Positions 40,564-50,264 of a stretch of DNA of 64,000 nucleotides are shown in pieces. This DNA comes from Candidatus Latescibacterota bacterium (lineage in GTDB: Bacteria; Latescibacterota; UBA2968; GCA-2709665): assembly GCA_965226795.1 (NCBI GenBank), contig CBDDDZ010000002.1, forward strand, positions 416,001-480,000, written 5' to 3'. The notes below the pieces were generated by a model. It was not told where the DNA came from, did not search any database, and worked only from the letters and a program-made list of their open reading frames with translations. Every line of letters starts with the position of its first letter. The stretch's first letter is position 1. The position numbers and the translations under genes were made by a program.

Positions 40564-41631
40564 ATGTACAACATGGCTGAAAATAGCAAACTCGGCTGGG
40601 GCATCATTGGCGCCGGAATGATCGCGGGTCATTTCCGGTCGGGAATCGAAGCCTGCCCAAACGCGGAACTGGTTGCCGTCTGCAATTACAACGAAGATAA
40701 GGGTAGGAAATTCGCGGCCGAGTCCGGCGGCATCAAATTTTATCAAAACCATCAGGACATGGTCGGTGATCCGGACGTGCACATCGCCGGTATCTGCACT
40801 CCCTCCGGCATGCACGCCGACAACGTTATCGCGGCCGCAAGGGCCGGCGTGCATTCCCTGTGTGAGAAACCGCTGGACGTCACGCGCGAGAAAATGAACC
40901 GGATGATCGATGCGTGCCGCGATGCCGACGTGAAACTCGGCTGCATTTTTCAAAGTCGAACCAGCGATGAAGCCATCAGAGTGCGGAACGCCATCAAAGA
41001 CGGCGATTTAGGAAAACTGGTGCTGGCCGACACCCTGATGAAGAACTACCGCTCTCAAGCGTACTATAACAGCGCCGGCTGGCGCGGCACATGGAAGGAC
41101 GACGGCGGCGGCGCGCTGATGAACCAGGGGGTGCACGGCGTGGACCTTCTGCTGTGGCTGATAGACGACGAGGTCGAATCCGTGTTCGCGCGCGCCGAGC
41201 ACAAGGTGCGCGACATCGAAGTCGAAGACACCGCGGTCGCCACCATCAAATACAAGAGCGGGGCGTTCGGAACGCTCATCGGCACCACGTCCTGCAACCC
41301 CGGCGAGGCGTCCCGGATTGAACTACATGGTGAGTCCGGAACCATCACCATGAATGGCACCCGGATCACCCGCTGGGCTACCACCACCGAGGAAGACGGC
41401 CGTGCCGTCGACGCTTTTCCTCCACGGCTAATCGCTGCCGCCGGTAACGTGGGCGCCGCCAGCGCCGTCGCGCCCGGCCACGCCTGGCTCGTGAACGACA
41501 TCACCCGCGCCGTCTTGGAAGACCGCGAACCCTATATTCCGGGCGAGTCCGCCCGAAAATCCGTGGACCTGATCCTGGCCATCTACGAATCTGCCCGGAC
41601 CGGACGGGAGATTGTAATGGACGCATGGTAG
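40564..41631 (+). CDS. Gfo/Idh/MocA family oxidoreductase (tandem paralogue)
   Basis: GIIGAGMIA, CEKP and GGGALMNQGVH; long stretches near-identical to the upstream gene. Confidence 0.9.
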   Translation: MYNMAENSKLGWGIIGAGMIAGHFRSGIEACPNAELVAVCNYNEDKGRKFAAESGGIKFYQNHQDMVGDPDVHIAGICTPSGMHADNVIAAARAGVHSLCEKPLDVTREKMNRMIDACRDADVKLGCIFQSRTSDEAIRVRNAIKDGDLGKLVLADTLMKNYRSQAYYNSAGWRGTWKDDGGGALMNQGVHGVDLLLWLIDDEVESVFARAEHKVRDIEVEDTAVATIKYKSGAFGTLIGTTSCNPGEASRIELHGESGTITMNGTRITRWATTTEEDGRAVDAFPPRLIAAAGNVGAASAVAPGHAWLVNDITRAVLEDREPYIPGESARKSVDLILAIYESARTGREIVMDAW

Positions 41632-41705
41632 ACGCCGCGCCTTGAGGGCGCCGCGAACCTCGGCTCCACGGCATCGGACAAGGGGCGGAAGTCGTTACGC
41701 AAGTT

Positions 41706-41754
41706 ACAAAAGGAACAGCCGGTTGTGAGACCAGAAACCGGCTGTTCCTTTTGT
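41706..41754. terminator. bidirectional intrinsic terminator
   Basis: ACAAAAGGAACAGCCGGTT...AACCGGCTGTTCCTTTTGT, a 19-bp inverted repeat between convergent genes. Confidence 0.85.
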
Positions 41755-41774
41755 TTGGCTGATGTCCGGCGCGT

Positions 41775-42848
41775 TCAGGCGCCGTAACCGCCCACCGTCA
41801 CGACCTTTCCATTTTCAGCGGAGGCATAGATCGCTTCCACCACCTCCACGGCTCTCAGCCCGTCCATTCCCGTGATTCCGGGAGGTTTCCCGTCCATAAT
41901 GGCCTCCACCGTCTCGCTCAAATACACCCGGCCCGAAACACCTCCGTAACCGTCCGCCGCCTGAGAAGCGATCCGCAGCGTCGTCCGCGGTCCCGCTGCG
42001 AAATAGGGATGGTCGCTCACCACAAAGACCTCGTCAGCGGTCCCGCCCCAGGCCGGACTCCACGACGCGGTACCCAGCGTTCCTCGAAGGCCAATGAAAA
42101 GGTCTCTGCCGGCGGGATAGGCTTTCGGTGCGGAGTAACTGATATCCAGCGTCGCTATCGCGCCGTTCCTGAATTTTACAATACCGAAACTGTTATCTTC
42201 GATATCCAGTTGATGTTGCTGGTGGCTCACCATGCCGGTCGCCTGCTGAACCTCGTCCTGCAGGAACCACCGAAACAGATCGATCCAGTGTGTACCCAGA
42301 TTGTGCATCGGGCCGCCGCCCGCAACCGCCCTCAGATTCAGCCAGGGTGAAATCTCGTTTTCCAGGTAACGCAGGGGTGAGCCCGCCGCGCACCGCCCCT
42401 CGAGCGCGACAATCTGCCCCAGCATGCCGCGATCGACGAGTTCCTTGATCTTTCTTGAGGCCGGATGCGCGCGCCAGCAGTAGGGTGAAGACAGCGCCAC
42501 GCCCGCCTCTCCCGTCGCCGCGATCATGCGCCGGATGCCCTCGCACGTATCCGCCATCGGCTTCTCGACAATCACGTGCTTACCGGCCGCCGCCGCCCGT
42601 TCCACTGCCTCCGGGCACTCCGAATGCGGGAGCAGGATCACCACCAGGCCGATGTCCCCCCGCGCCAGAAGCGCGTTGTAATCGTCGTATCCATCAATCC
42701 CGGTCTGCCCGCACACCTGCTTCAGATAGACCGGATCCGCCTCGGCGACAGCCCGCACCTCCGTCTGGACGATGGCTTCAAAATGTGGAAGATAATCCAC
42801 GGAATGAAGGTGGTGGAATCCGATTATCCCAACCCCGAGCCTCTTCAT
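41775..42848 (-). CDS. Gfo/Idh/MocA family oxidoreductase
   Basis: GIIGFHHLH, VEKPMA and GGGPMHNLGTHWID. Confidence 0.85.
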   Translation of the reverse strand: MKRLGVGIIGFHHLHSVDYLPHFEAIVQTEVRAVAEADPVYLKQVCGQTGIDGYDDYNALLARGDIGLVVILLPHSECPEAVERAAAAGKHVIVEKPMADTCEGIRRMIAATGEAGVALSSPYCWRAHPASRKIKELVDRGMLGQIVALEGRCAAGSPLRYLENEISPWLNLRAVAGGGPMHNLGTHWIDLFRWFLQDEVQQATGMVSHQQHQLDIEDNSFGIVKFRNGAIATLDISYSAPKAYPAGRDLFIGLRGTLGTASWSPAWGGTADEVFVVSDHPYFAAGPRTTLRIASQAADGYGGVSGRVYLSETVEAIMDGKPPGITGMDGLRAVEVVEAIYASAENGKVVTVGGYGA

Positions 42849-42911
42849 CGAATCGCATTCTCCGTTTCGGCCGGACGCGCCTTTCTGCCGGCGCTTTCCG
42901 GCGATGTGTGT

Positions 42912-44147
42912 TTACCCACACCAATCCACGATTGCGCACGCGAGCACCTCCGCCCCCGCAGCCAGGTCCTGCACCGGGATCTGCTCCTGGCTGGAGTGTG
43001 CCACGCCCAGCGTTCCCGCGCCGATCACCACTGCGGGTACCCCGATCAGATTCGAATAGAACCACGCATCGCACGACGCCGGCATCGCCCCCACCTCGGT
43101 GGCCTGCCCGCTTGCACGACAGGCCCGTTCCAGCGTCTTCACGATGGGATGATCGGCGGGCACTTCGTTGCAGTCGTGCCGGTACATGAACTCCATATCG
43201 AAATGGCCCGAGAGCCAGTCTCCTCCCTCGGTTTTCAGCGCCTCCTCCATCTCGCGCATCACATCTTCTTTGTTCCGTGTCGGCAGGAATCCGAGGACCC
43301 CCTTGAACGTCGCCTTTCTCGGCGCCATTGCCGGCCAATCCCCGGCCTCCAGTGTTCCAAACGTGATGGGCATGGGGTTTTCATAGGCATCGTAGAGCGG
43401 GTGTCCCCTGGATTCCGCCAACAACCTCCCGTGATATCCCTCCAGAATCTCAATTGCCCGCATGGCCTCCTTCAGCGCGCTTACCGTGCGCCCCGCCTGT
43501 CCGCTGTGGCCCGCCCGCCCGTACACGTTCACCGTGAACCATACAGCGCCGCGGATCGACGGCAGGATCTTCATTTCGGAGGGCTCCAGCACCAGGGCCG
43601 CATCGGCCCGGTCGGCTCCACGCACAAACGCCAGTGTTCCGTTGCCGCCGCATTCCTCCTCAATTACCAGGTGCCCGATCAGATCCCCTTTGAGTTCGAT
43701 CCCCATTTCACTCAGGGCGGCAAGCGCCAGGTAAAACATGGCCGCCTGACCCTTGCAATCACACGCCCCGCGGCCGAAAACGACCCCGTCTTCCACGCGC
43801 CCCTCAAACGGCCGGTCCTGGTCCGACGAGGCCGGCACGACGTCCAGGTGGGTATTCACGATCAACGACCGTCCACCGCCGACTCCTTTTTTTGCGACCC
43901 TGAGATTCGGCCGATCGGCGTAGCTGAGATCCGGCAGCTTGAACGAATAGTCGGGATCCTCCTGAATCGTGTCCGCAACCGGCAACAGTTCCCGCTCGTC
44001 CACCACGTCCGCCATTCGCGCGTGCAACATGCGCATCGCCCGTCCTTCGTCTCCGCGCACGGACGGGATGTGGATCAGATCGCAGAGCAGCCTGACCGCG
44101 TCTTCCTTGTGAGTCTCGATTGCCGCCTTCAATAGCCGATTATCCAA
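42912..44147 (-). CDS. M20 family deacylase (ArgE/DapE-like)
   Basis: NTHLDVVP, GRGACDCKG, EEECGGNG, LEP and AHSSQE. TTG start after AGGGAG. Confidence 0.85.
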   Translation of the reverse strand: MDNRLLKAAIETHKEDAVRLLCDLIHIPSVRGDEGRAMRMLHARMADVVDERELLPVADTIQEDPDYSFKLPDLSYADRPNLRVAKKGVGGGRSLIVNTHLDVVPASSDQDRPFEGRVEDGVVFGRGACDCKGQAAMFYLALAALSEMGIELKGDLIGHLVIEEECGGNGTLAFVRGADRADAALVLEPSEMKILPSIRGAVWFTVNVYGRAGHSGQAGRTVSALKEAMRAIEILEGYHGRLLAESRGHPLYDAYENPMPITFGTLEAGDWPAMAPRKATFKGVLGFLPTRNKEDVMREMEEALKTEGGDWLSGHFDMEFMYRHDCNEVPADHPIVKTLERACRASGQATEVGAMPASCDAWFYSNLIGVPAVVIGAGTLGVAHSSQEQIPVQDLAAGAEVLACAIVDWCG

Positions 44148-44250
44148 GAGCGCACTCCCTGGATCCGGCGCGTATGCACGCCCGTTCCGGATCCTTATGT
44201 TACAGGGACGGTCTGATGGCTCGCCCCGGTTCCGGATTACACCTGCCGGG

Positions 44251-45588
44251 TCACCCGCCGAGTTCCTCCAACGCACGGTCGAGGATGTCTATGCCCATCC
44301 CCGCTTCCTCTTCGGTAATTACCAGCGGAGGCGCGATCCGTACGACATTTCCGTACAACCCGACCTTGCCGAGCAGAAGACCGTACTCCCCCGCCCTCAG
44401 CAGCAGATCGGACGTCAGTTCCGGCGCAGGTGTCTTGTCGTCGCGGTTCATTACGAGTTCCAGCCCGATCACCAGCCCCCGCCCACGCACGTCGCCCAGG
44501 ACCTCGTATTTCGCCTGTAGCGCCTGAAACCGCGCCATCATATAATTGCCCGTACTTTGGGCGTTTTCCGGCAGTCTCTCGTCTTCCATCACGTCCATTA
44601 CAGCATGCGAAGCTGCGCTGGCCAGCGGATTGCCCCCGCAGGTGCTGGACATCTCGCCGACCCCCATGCACTCGAATATCCGGCTCTCGCCGGCGAGCGC
44701 GGAAGCGGGCATCCCGCTGCCGATGCCCTTGCCAAGGCAGACCATGTTCGGACGCAGGTTCTCCCACTCCAGCGCGAACAACTTTCCAGTACGTCCGAAC
44801 GAGGATTGCACCTCGTCCAAAATGAAGACCATCCCCCGGTCCCGCGCCCACCTTTCAAGCCCCTTCAACCAGCCGGCAGGCGGGAAAATGAAACCCGCGC
44901 CTCCCTGGTAGGGCTCGGTTATCACGGCGCCCACGTCGCCCGTGGACGTCGAATCGATAATCCGGTCCAGGTTTTCGAGGCATCGCTGCGCGCATTCCCC
45001 TTCCGTTTCGCTATTGTAAAAATCCCGGTAAAAGTAGGGAAACGGCGCCAGAATTCCGCCCGGCAACTGGGGGCCGAATCCACGCTTTGTCTTCATATTT
45101 CCGGCTACGCTCATCGGTCCGTACGTGCGCCCGTGAAATCCCCCGTAAAATGACAGCACCTCGTGCTTGCCCGTGAATCGCTTGGCAATGCGGATCGCCG
45201 CCTCCGTTGCCTCGGCCCCCGTTGTCAGCAGGAATGTCTGATCGATATTTTCAGGCAGCATATCGGTCAGGCGTTTCGACAGCGTCACCCGCTCCGGCGT
45301 CGGGAACGAATAACAGTTCATCAGGCGTCCGGCCTGTTTCCGGATGCTCTCTACGTGGCGGGGGTGGGAGTGTCCCAGATTGGTCACCAGCACTCCGGAC
45401 GTGAAGTCCAGAAACCGGTTGCCGTCCACGTCCCACACCCAGACACCCTCGCCGTGGTCCCACACCACCGGCACCTGATCGGCCATGCACGGCGGCTCGT
45501 ATTGCCTGGATACGTCCAGCAACGCAGTGGATCTGGGTCCCGGGATCTTTCGCTTTTCCAACGTGATTGCGTTCGCCACATGCGCCAT
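44251..45588 (-). CDS. class III PLP aminotransferase (GabT/ArgD-like)
   Basis: DVDGNRFLDF, TGAEATE, FHGRT, DEVQSSFGRTG and LGKGIGSG. Confidence 0.92.
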   Translation of the reverse strand: MAHVANAITLEKRKIPGPRSTALLDVSRQYEPPCMADQVPVVWDHGEGVWVWDVDGNRFLDFTSGVLVTNLGHSHPRHVESIRKQAGRLMNCYSFPTPERVTLSKRLTDMLPENIDQTFLLTTGAEATEAAIRIAKRFTGKHEVLSFYGGFHGRTYGPMSVAGNMKTKRGFGPQLPGGILAPFPYFYRDFYNSETEGECAQRCLENLDRIIDSTSTGDVGAVITEPYQGGAGFIFPPAGWLKGLERWARDRGMVFILDEVQSSFGRTGKLFALEWENLRPNMVCLGKGIGSGMPASALAGESRIFECMGVGEMSSTCGGNPLASAASHAVMDVMEDERLPENAQSTGNYMMARFQALQAKYEVLGDVRGRGLVIGLELVMNRDDKTPAPELTSDLLLRAGEYGLLLGKVGLYGNVVRIAPPLVITEEEAGMGIDILDRALEELGG

Positions 45589-45623
45589 ATCAGATCTCCT
45601 GACAGGTTGATTCTCTCAACCGC

Positions 45624-46613
45624 CTATGCCAGTTCCTTGTTGATCAGGAACCGCGGCGGCCGCCCTTCTATAAACCGCACAAAGTCCTCCATCACCTTCT
45701 CCCGCATGCTCCAGTTCGCCTCTTCGGAATACCACGCAAGATGGGGCGCCAGAAGGGCATTTTCCAGATTGAATAAATCCATTTCCGGATCGGGTGGCTC
45801 CTGTTCGTACACGTCGATGGCTGCGCCGGCGATCCACCCCTCCCTCAGCGCCCGGGCCAGCGCGTCCGCGTCAACCAGACCGCCCCGAGAGGTATTCACC
45901 AGATAGGCGTGGGGTTTCATCGCCCGGAGTTCCCTTTCCCCGACGAGATGATACGATTCCTCGTCGAGCGACGCGTGAATCGTAATCATATCCGCTTCTT
46001 TCAGAACCGTATCCAGGTCCACCGCCTGCACGCCCAGTTCCTTCTGGCGCTCCTCGGAAAGATACGGATCGCAGACCAGGACATTCACTTCAAATCCGGC
46101 AAGTTTCCGCAGCGTCAGGCTCCCGATTCGGCCGCATCCGACGATGCCCACTGTCTTTCCCTTGACGGAATACACCGGGTATACCTCGTTGAAATCCCAG
46201 ATCCCGTTTCGACTCGACGCCTCCAGAATCTTCCGCCCCACATTCAGCTTGCGCCAACCGGACAGCATCAATGCAATGGCGTGTTCCGCCACCTCATCCG
46301 AACAATAGTCGGGCTCGTAGGCAACCCGGATTCCCTTTGCCGTGGCCGCCGTCACATCCACGTTGTCGTATCCGACGCCGTGCCTGAGAATCAGCTTGCA
46401 CCTGTCCAGTTGGTCGATCACACCGGCGGTCATCTTCACCATATTCACCAGAATCATATCGGCGTCGCCGATCTTTGTGGCCAGTTCCGTCTCCGGCATG
46501 AACTTGAGTTGATGATATTCAAACTTGACATGCCCGTATTTCTTGAGTTCCTCCTCTTCCCACTTCAGGTCGGGCTCGATATAGTCAGTCACCACAATCT
46601 TGATCGGCTCCAT
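45624..46613 (-). CDS. D-isomer-specific 2-hydroxyacid dehydrogenase (SerA/CtBP-like)
   Basis: GVGYDNVD, GCGRIG, VNTSRG, DVYEQEP and PHLAWYS. Confidence 0.9.
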   Translation of the reverse strand: MEPIKIVVTDYIEPDLKWEEEELKKYGHVKFEYHQLKFMPETELATKIGDADMILVNMVKMTAGVIDQLDRCKLILRHGVGYDNVDVTAATAKGIRVAYEPDYCSDEVAEHAIALMLSGWRKLNVGRKILEASSRNGIWDFNEVYPVYSVKGKTVGIVGCGRIGSLTLRKLAGFEVNVLVCDPYLSEERQKELGVQAVDLDTVLKEADMITIHASLDEESYHLVGERELRAMKPHAYLVNTSRGGLVDADALARALREGWIAGAAIDVYEQEPPDPEMDLFNLENALLAPHLAWYSEEANWSMREKVMEDFVRFIEGRPPRFLINKELA

Positions 46614-46643
46614 AGAACACTCCCAAAAATAGAAAATCCTGGT

Positions 46644-47687
46644 TCAACCGTTGAACGGCAGCGCCACGGGGTCGCCCGTCCTCGCCGATTCGTAAATCGC
46701 CAGGATGATTTCGATTGCCCGCTTCGACTCCGGACCATCGATTTTCGGCTCACCGCCTTCATTCAGAATACGAACCATCTCCGCGATCTGTGCCCTGTGT
46801 CCTTCCGTGCCGAAGGTCTTGGAATCAGATGCCGCCCTGGCCACGTCGGTTGTGTCCGCCGCCGTCTCTTCCGCACTCTCGCCCGCGACGTCCCACCTGG
46901 TAATCTGGTCGGCTTCCACCACCACCGTACCCCGGTCTCCGGAGAATTCCATCCGTGCCGGTAAACCGGGATACGCGGCGGAAGACGCTTCAACCACCCC
47001 GAGTGCCCCGTTCTCGAATTCCAGTGTGGCAACGACCGTATCTTCCACCTCGATATCGTGAATCAACGTGCCCATCCTGGCGTAGACGCGCTTTACCGGT
47101 CCCATAATCCACTGGAGCAGATCCACCGTGTGACTGCCCTGAGTCATCAACGCCCCACCGCCCTCCATTTTCCAGTTACCCCGCCAATCGTCCGCATCGT
47201 AGTAGGCCTGGGGCCGGAACCACTTGACATAGGCGTCACCCAGCACCATCCTGCCGAGAGCGCCGGATTGAACCGCGTCATGTACCCTGTTGACCGCCTC
47301 CCCGTACCTCAACTGGAAGACTCCCATCAGCTTCACCCCGGCGTCTTCGGCCGCTCGGATAATGCGATCCATATTCTGAATCGATACATCAAGAGGTTTT
47401 TCCACGATCAGATGCTTGCCCGCCGCCGCCGCATCCGTTACGATAGGAATGCGCACGCCGCTGGGGGTGCAGATGCAGACCACATCCACTTCCGGTCGGC
47501 GGAGAATGGCTTCGTGATCCGTAAACCAGGCCACGCCGTGCGCCTCTCCCGTGGTCCTGGCGCGCGATTCGCTTCGGCTGTATACCGCGACAAGTTGGGC
47601 GCCTTCGGTATCCTGCACCGCGCCAATATGATAGTCCGCCACCACGCCGCATCCGATCATTGCAAAACCGATGGTCCGATCACCCAT
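46644..47687 (-). CDS. Gfo/Idh/MocA family oxidoreductase
   Basis: IGCGVVA, CTPSG, VEKP and GGGALMTQGSH. Confidence 0.9.
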   Translation of the reverse strand: MGDRTIGFAMIGCGVVADYHIGAVQDTEGAQLVAVYSRSESRARTTGEAHGVAWFTDHEAILRRPEVDVVCICTPSGVRIPIVTDAAAAGKHLIVEKPLDVSIQNMDRIIRAAEDAGVKLMGVFQLRYGEAVNRVHDAVQSGALGRMVLGDAYVKWFRPQAYYDADDWRGNWKMEGGGALMTQGSHTVDLLQWIMGPVKRVYARMGTLIHDIEVEDTVVATLEFENGALGVVEASSAAYPGLPARMEFSGDRGTVVVEADQITRWDVAGESAEETAADTTDVARAASDSKTFGTEGHRAQIAEMVRILNEGGEPKIDGPESKRAIEIILAIYESARTGDPVALPFNG

Positions 47688-47906
47688 AAGCGAATCCTCC
47701 CGGTCTGTAGCCTCAACCTAGCGGAAATTTCCGCGGCAGAGGTGCAGACTCCGTGGCGTGCCGTCACTGCCGATTCTTCCAGACTTGCAACAAGGCCGAG
47801 GACGGTGTATCTTTTCCGAGCCTTCCGCACAGGGGCGCCTCGCCTGATTTCGATTTCTTGAATCTGCGTTGCGAAAGACGCCTTTACCCACGGAGGTCAT
47901 GACCAT

Positions 47907-48734
47907 ATGGAATACGTACATCCCGACCTTCTGGCCGGCAAAGTCGCGTGGGTCACGGCTTCCGCTCGGGGCCTGGGCCGGGCGATTTCGGAACGTCTGG
48001 CCCGTTGCGGCGCTTCGGTGGTTGTGCACGGACGATCCGACCGGACGGCGGCGGAGTTCAAGGAAGCCCCGTCTACGACTCACGTAGCCCGGGAAATCGG
48101 GAAAACGGCCAACGCCGTCATCACCGTATTCGCGGACGTCTCGGACCCCGTCCAGGTCAAAGCCGCGGTTGAACGGATCGAAAGCGAACTCGGGCCGATC
48201 GACATTCTGGTCAACAACGCCGGCGGCGATATTGCCGCGGCAGGCGGAAAACCGAAGCCCAACGATACTCTGGGTATCCCGCTGGAGGACATCGAAGCCG
48301 TGTTCAAGAGGAATTTCGCCACAACCCTGCATTGCTGCCGCGCCGTCGTTCCGGGCATGATTCAACGCGGGGGAGGCAGAATCGTCAATGTAGGCTCCGT
48401 GGACAGTTTCACCGGCGAGCCAGGTGGAGGCCCCGTTTACGCCACGGCCAAAGCGGCCCAGACCCACTATACCCGCTGCCTGGCCGCTCAAGTCCGGGAA
48501 CACAACATCACCGTGAACATGGTTGCGCCGGGCGCCTCACCCAGCGGTCGCTTTGTAGCCACGGGACAGGCCGACCCGGAACTTATGAACGCAATGAACC
48601 GGCCTACGCTGATCCGATACGCGTATCCGGATGAGATCGCACGGGCCGTACAGTTCTTCGTTTCGCCCCTGGCAAGCTTCGTGAGCGGCCAGATCCTCCG
48701 TGTCGACGGGGGAGCGCAGCTTTCGCCGGCGTAA
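47907..48734 (+). CDS. SDR family oxidoreductase
   Basis: TASARGLG, NNAG, YATAK catalytic motif and VSGQILRVDGG. Confidence 0.9.
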   Translation: MEYVHPDLLAGKVAWVTASARGLGRAISERLARCGASVVVHGRSDRTAAEFKEAPSTTHVAREIGKTANAVITVFADVSDPVQVKAAVERIESELGPIDILVNNAGGDIAAAGGKPKPNDTLGIPLEDIEAVFKRNFATTLHCCRAVVPGMIQRGGGRIVNVGSVDSFTGEPGGGPVYATAKAAQTHYTRCLAAQVREHNITVNMVAPGASPSGRFVATGQADPELMNAMNRPTLIRYAYPDEIARAVQFFVSPLASFVSGQILRVDGGAQLSPA

Positions 48735-48930
48735 ACCGCTACCGTTCAGGATAACGGCGACGCCCTTCTGCAGCCCGTTGAAAAAGTCCATCCGGGCTGC
48801 GGCCGGCTCTTGTGGCCGAATTACTGCGTTGCGCTCCCTCTCCGAATCCCCCGATTCGACTCGGTCGCGCGCCTTGTCTTCGGTCACAATGGCTCGGCCT
48901 CGCCTGCAGAGCAACTTGATCAACGGACTG

Positions 48931-49527
48931 TCAGCGCCTGTCCAATTCCGCCCGATATTCCTCCGGCGTATCGATATCCCGCAAAACCCCCTCATCCTCG
49001 ACGTCGACTTCGAGCGTATCGTCAGGGTGCCCTCGTATTACGGGTTTCAGCCCGTGTTCTCCCGTCAGGGATTGGATTTCTGAAAAATACCGACCGAGAT
49101 CCACCAGGGCCGGATGCCCTCGTTTGCCCCGGCAGACCGGAACGACAATCCCCTTGTTGCCGTTTTGATACGCCGCCGCCAACCTCCTGACCACGTTCGA
49201 ACGGATGTGCGGCTGATCGCCCAGGGCGATCAGCGCGGCATCGGCCGACTTGATTATCGTGGAAAGCCCGCACAGGATACTTGAAAACATCCCACTGCGG
49301 TAATCGGAATTCACGTGAAACATTACCGGCCGCTCCGCCAGACTCCCACGCACGGTATCCGCCTCGTGGCCAAGCACCACCAGGATACCGTCCAGATCGG
49401 CTTCAAGCAGCGTATCGACCACGGATTGAAGCACCGTTTTTCGGCCGAACGGCAATAGCTGTTTAGGAGACCCCATGCGTGTCGACATACCGGCAGCCGG
49501 CACAAGTGCGCAAATGCGTTTTTTCAT
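48931..49527 (-). CDS. mocA: MocA/YgfJ-like nucleotidyltransferase (molybdenum cofactor cytidylyltransferase family)
   Basis: AAGMSTRMGSPKQLL, GMFSSI, LGDQP, GHP and DIDTPEEY. Confidence 0.75.
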   Translation of the reverse strand: MKKRICALVPAAGMSTRMGSPKQLLPFGRKTVLQSVVDTLLEADLDGILVVLGHEADTVRGSLAERPVMFHVNSDYRSGMFSSILCGLSTIIKSADAALIALGDQPHIRSNVVRRLAAAYQNGNKGIVVPVCRGKRGHPALVDLGRYFSEIQSLTGEHGLKPVIRGHPDDTLEVDVEDEGVLRDIDTPEEYRAELDRR

Positions 49528-49781
49528 TTGGATATCAAGTATAATAAAAAACATCGAGTGAGACCACAAATTCTAACCGGCGATCGGACAACACCGGCGC
49601 AGCCGGCTGCTCTGTATTTAAAAACAATTACTTAATCGTCATAGTTCAAGTCGTGTCACCGGGAGGCGGATCCGGATCCCACACCGGAAAGGGCCGATGT
49701 GCGGACGATTCGCATTTTCCGTGATGTTTCTCATAAGAATATAAATACCAAATAGTTATGTTTCTAAATTTACGCTTTGTC

Positions 49782-49809
49782 TTGACTTTTCTGTATTAAA
49801 TAGTACATT
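49782..49809 (+). promoter_or_regulatory. sigma70-type promoter
   Basis: TTGACT-16 bp-TACATT in an AT-rich divergent region. Confidence 0.45.
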
Positions 49810-49876
49810 ACATCCTTTTGAAATGTTGAGGGGGTCGAATCCCACACATACTCAGCTTCCGGAGAAGTCATTTCAC

Positions 49877-50122
49877 GTGCTCTGTGCAACGTGTGAAAAG
49901 CGTGACGCCACACGGGTCTCCACCCGGGTCCTCAATGGCGAGAAACAGATCACTTATCTTTGTGAGGTCTGCGAAGCGTTGGCCGATGCCGGGTCGAAAC
50001 CTCCCCTTGAGCGCCCCTGCGAGCGCTGCAGGCAAAGAAAGGGTCGGATCAAATTTACGCGCCTCGCGGAACGTTATCGAACCGTAACGTATCTCTGTGA
50101 GACATGCGCGGCGAAGGCTTAG
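49877..50122 (+). CDS. small protein of two McsA-N-terminus-like zinc ribbons
   Basis: CATC...LNGEK...LCEVC and CERC...LCETC, i.e. four CxxC motifs in two repeats. GTG start. Confidence 0.65.
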   Translation: MLCATCEKRDATRVSTRVLNGEKQITYLCEVCEALADAGSKPPLERPCERCRQRKGRIKFTRLAERYRTVTYLCETCAAKA

Positions 50123-50264
50123 CCGGAGCGCTTATACAGGATCCTCGGCCTCCGAAGCGAATGTCGACACGATGTCGGAGGCGGGTGTTCAATCACGAAA
50201 CCCCGCCAACATACGTGCGCAAGCAGCCCTCGGTTGTCGCGCCCATTTGTAACAGGCCACCCAC

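Noticed and set aside
42576..44135. 519-aa plus-strand ORF
   Set aside because: Antisense shadow of the M20 deacylase.
48931..49527. mocA-like gene as support for selenium utilisation
   Set aside because: MocA/YgfJ homologues are widespread without Se traits; no selD, yqeB or yqeC is nearby.
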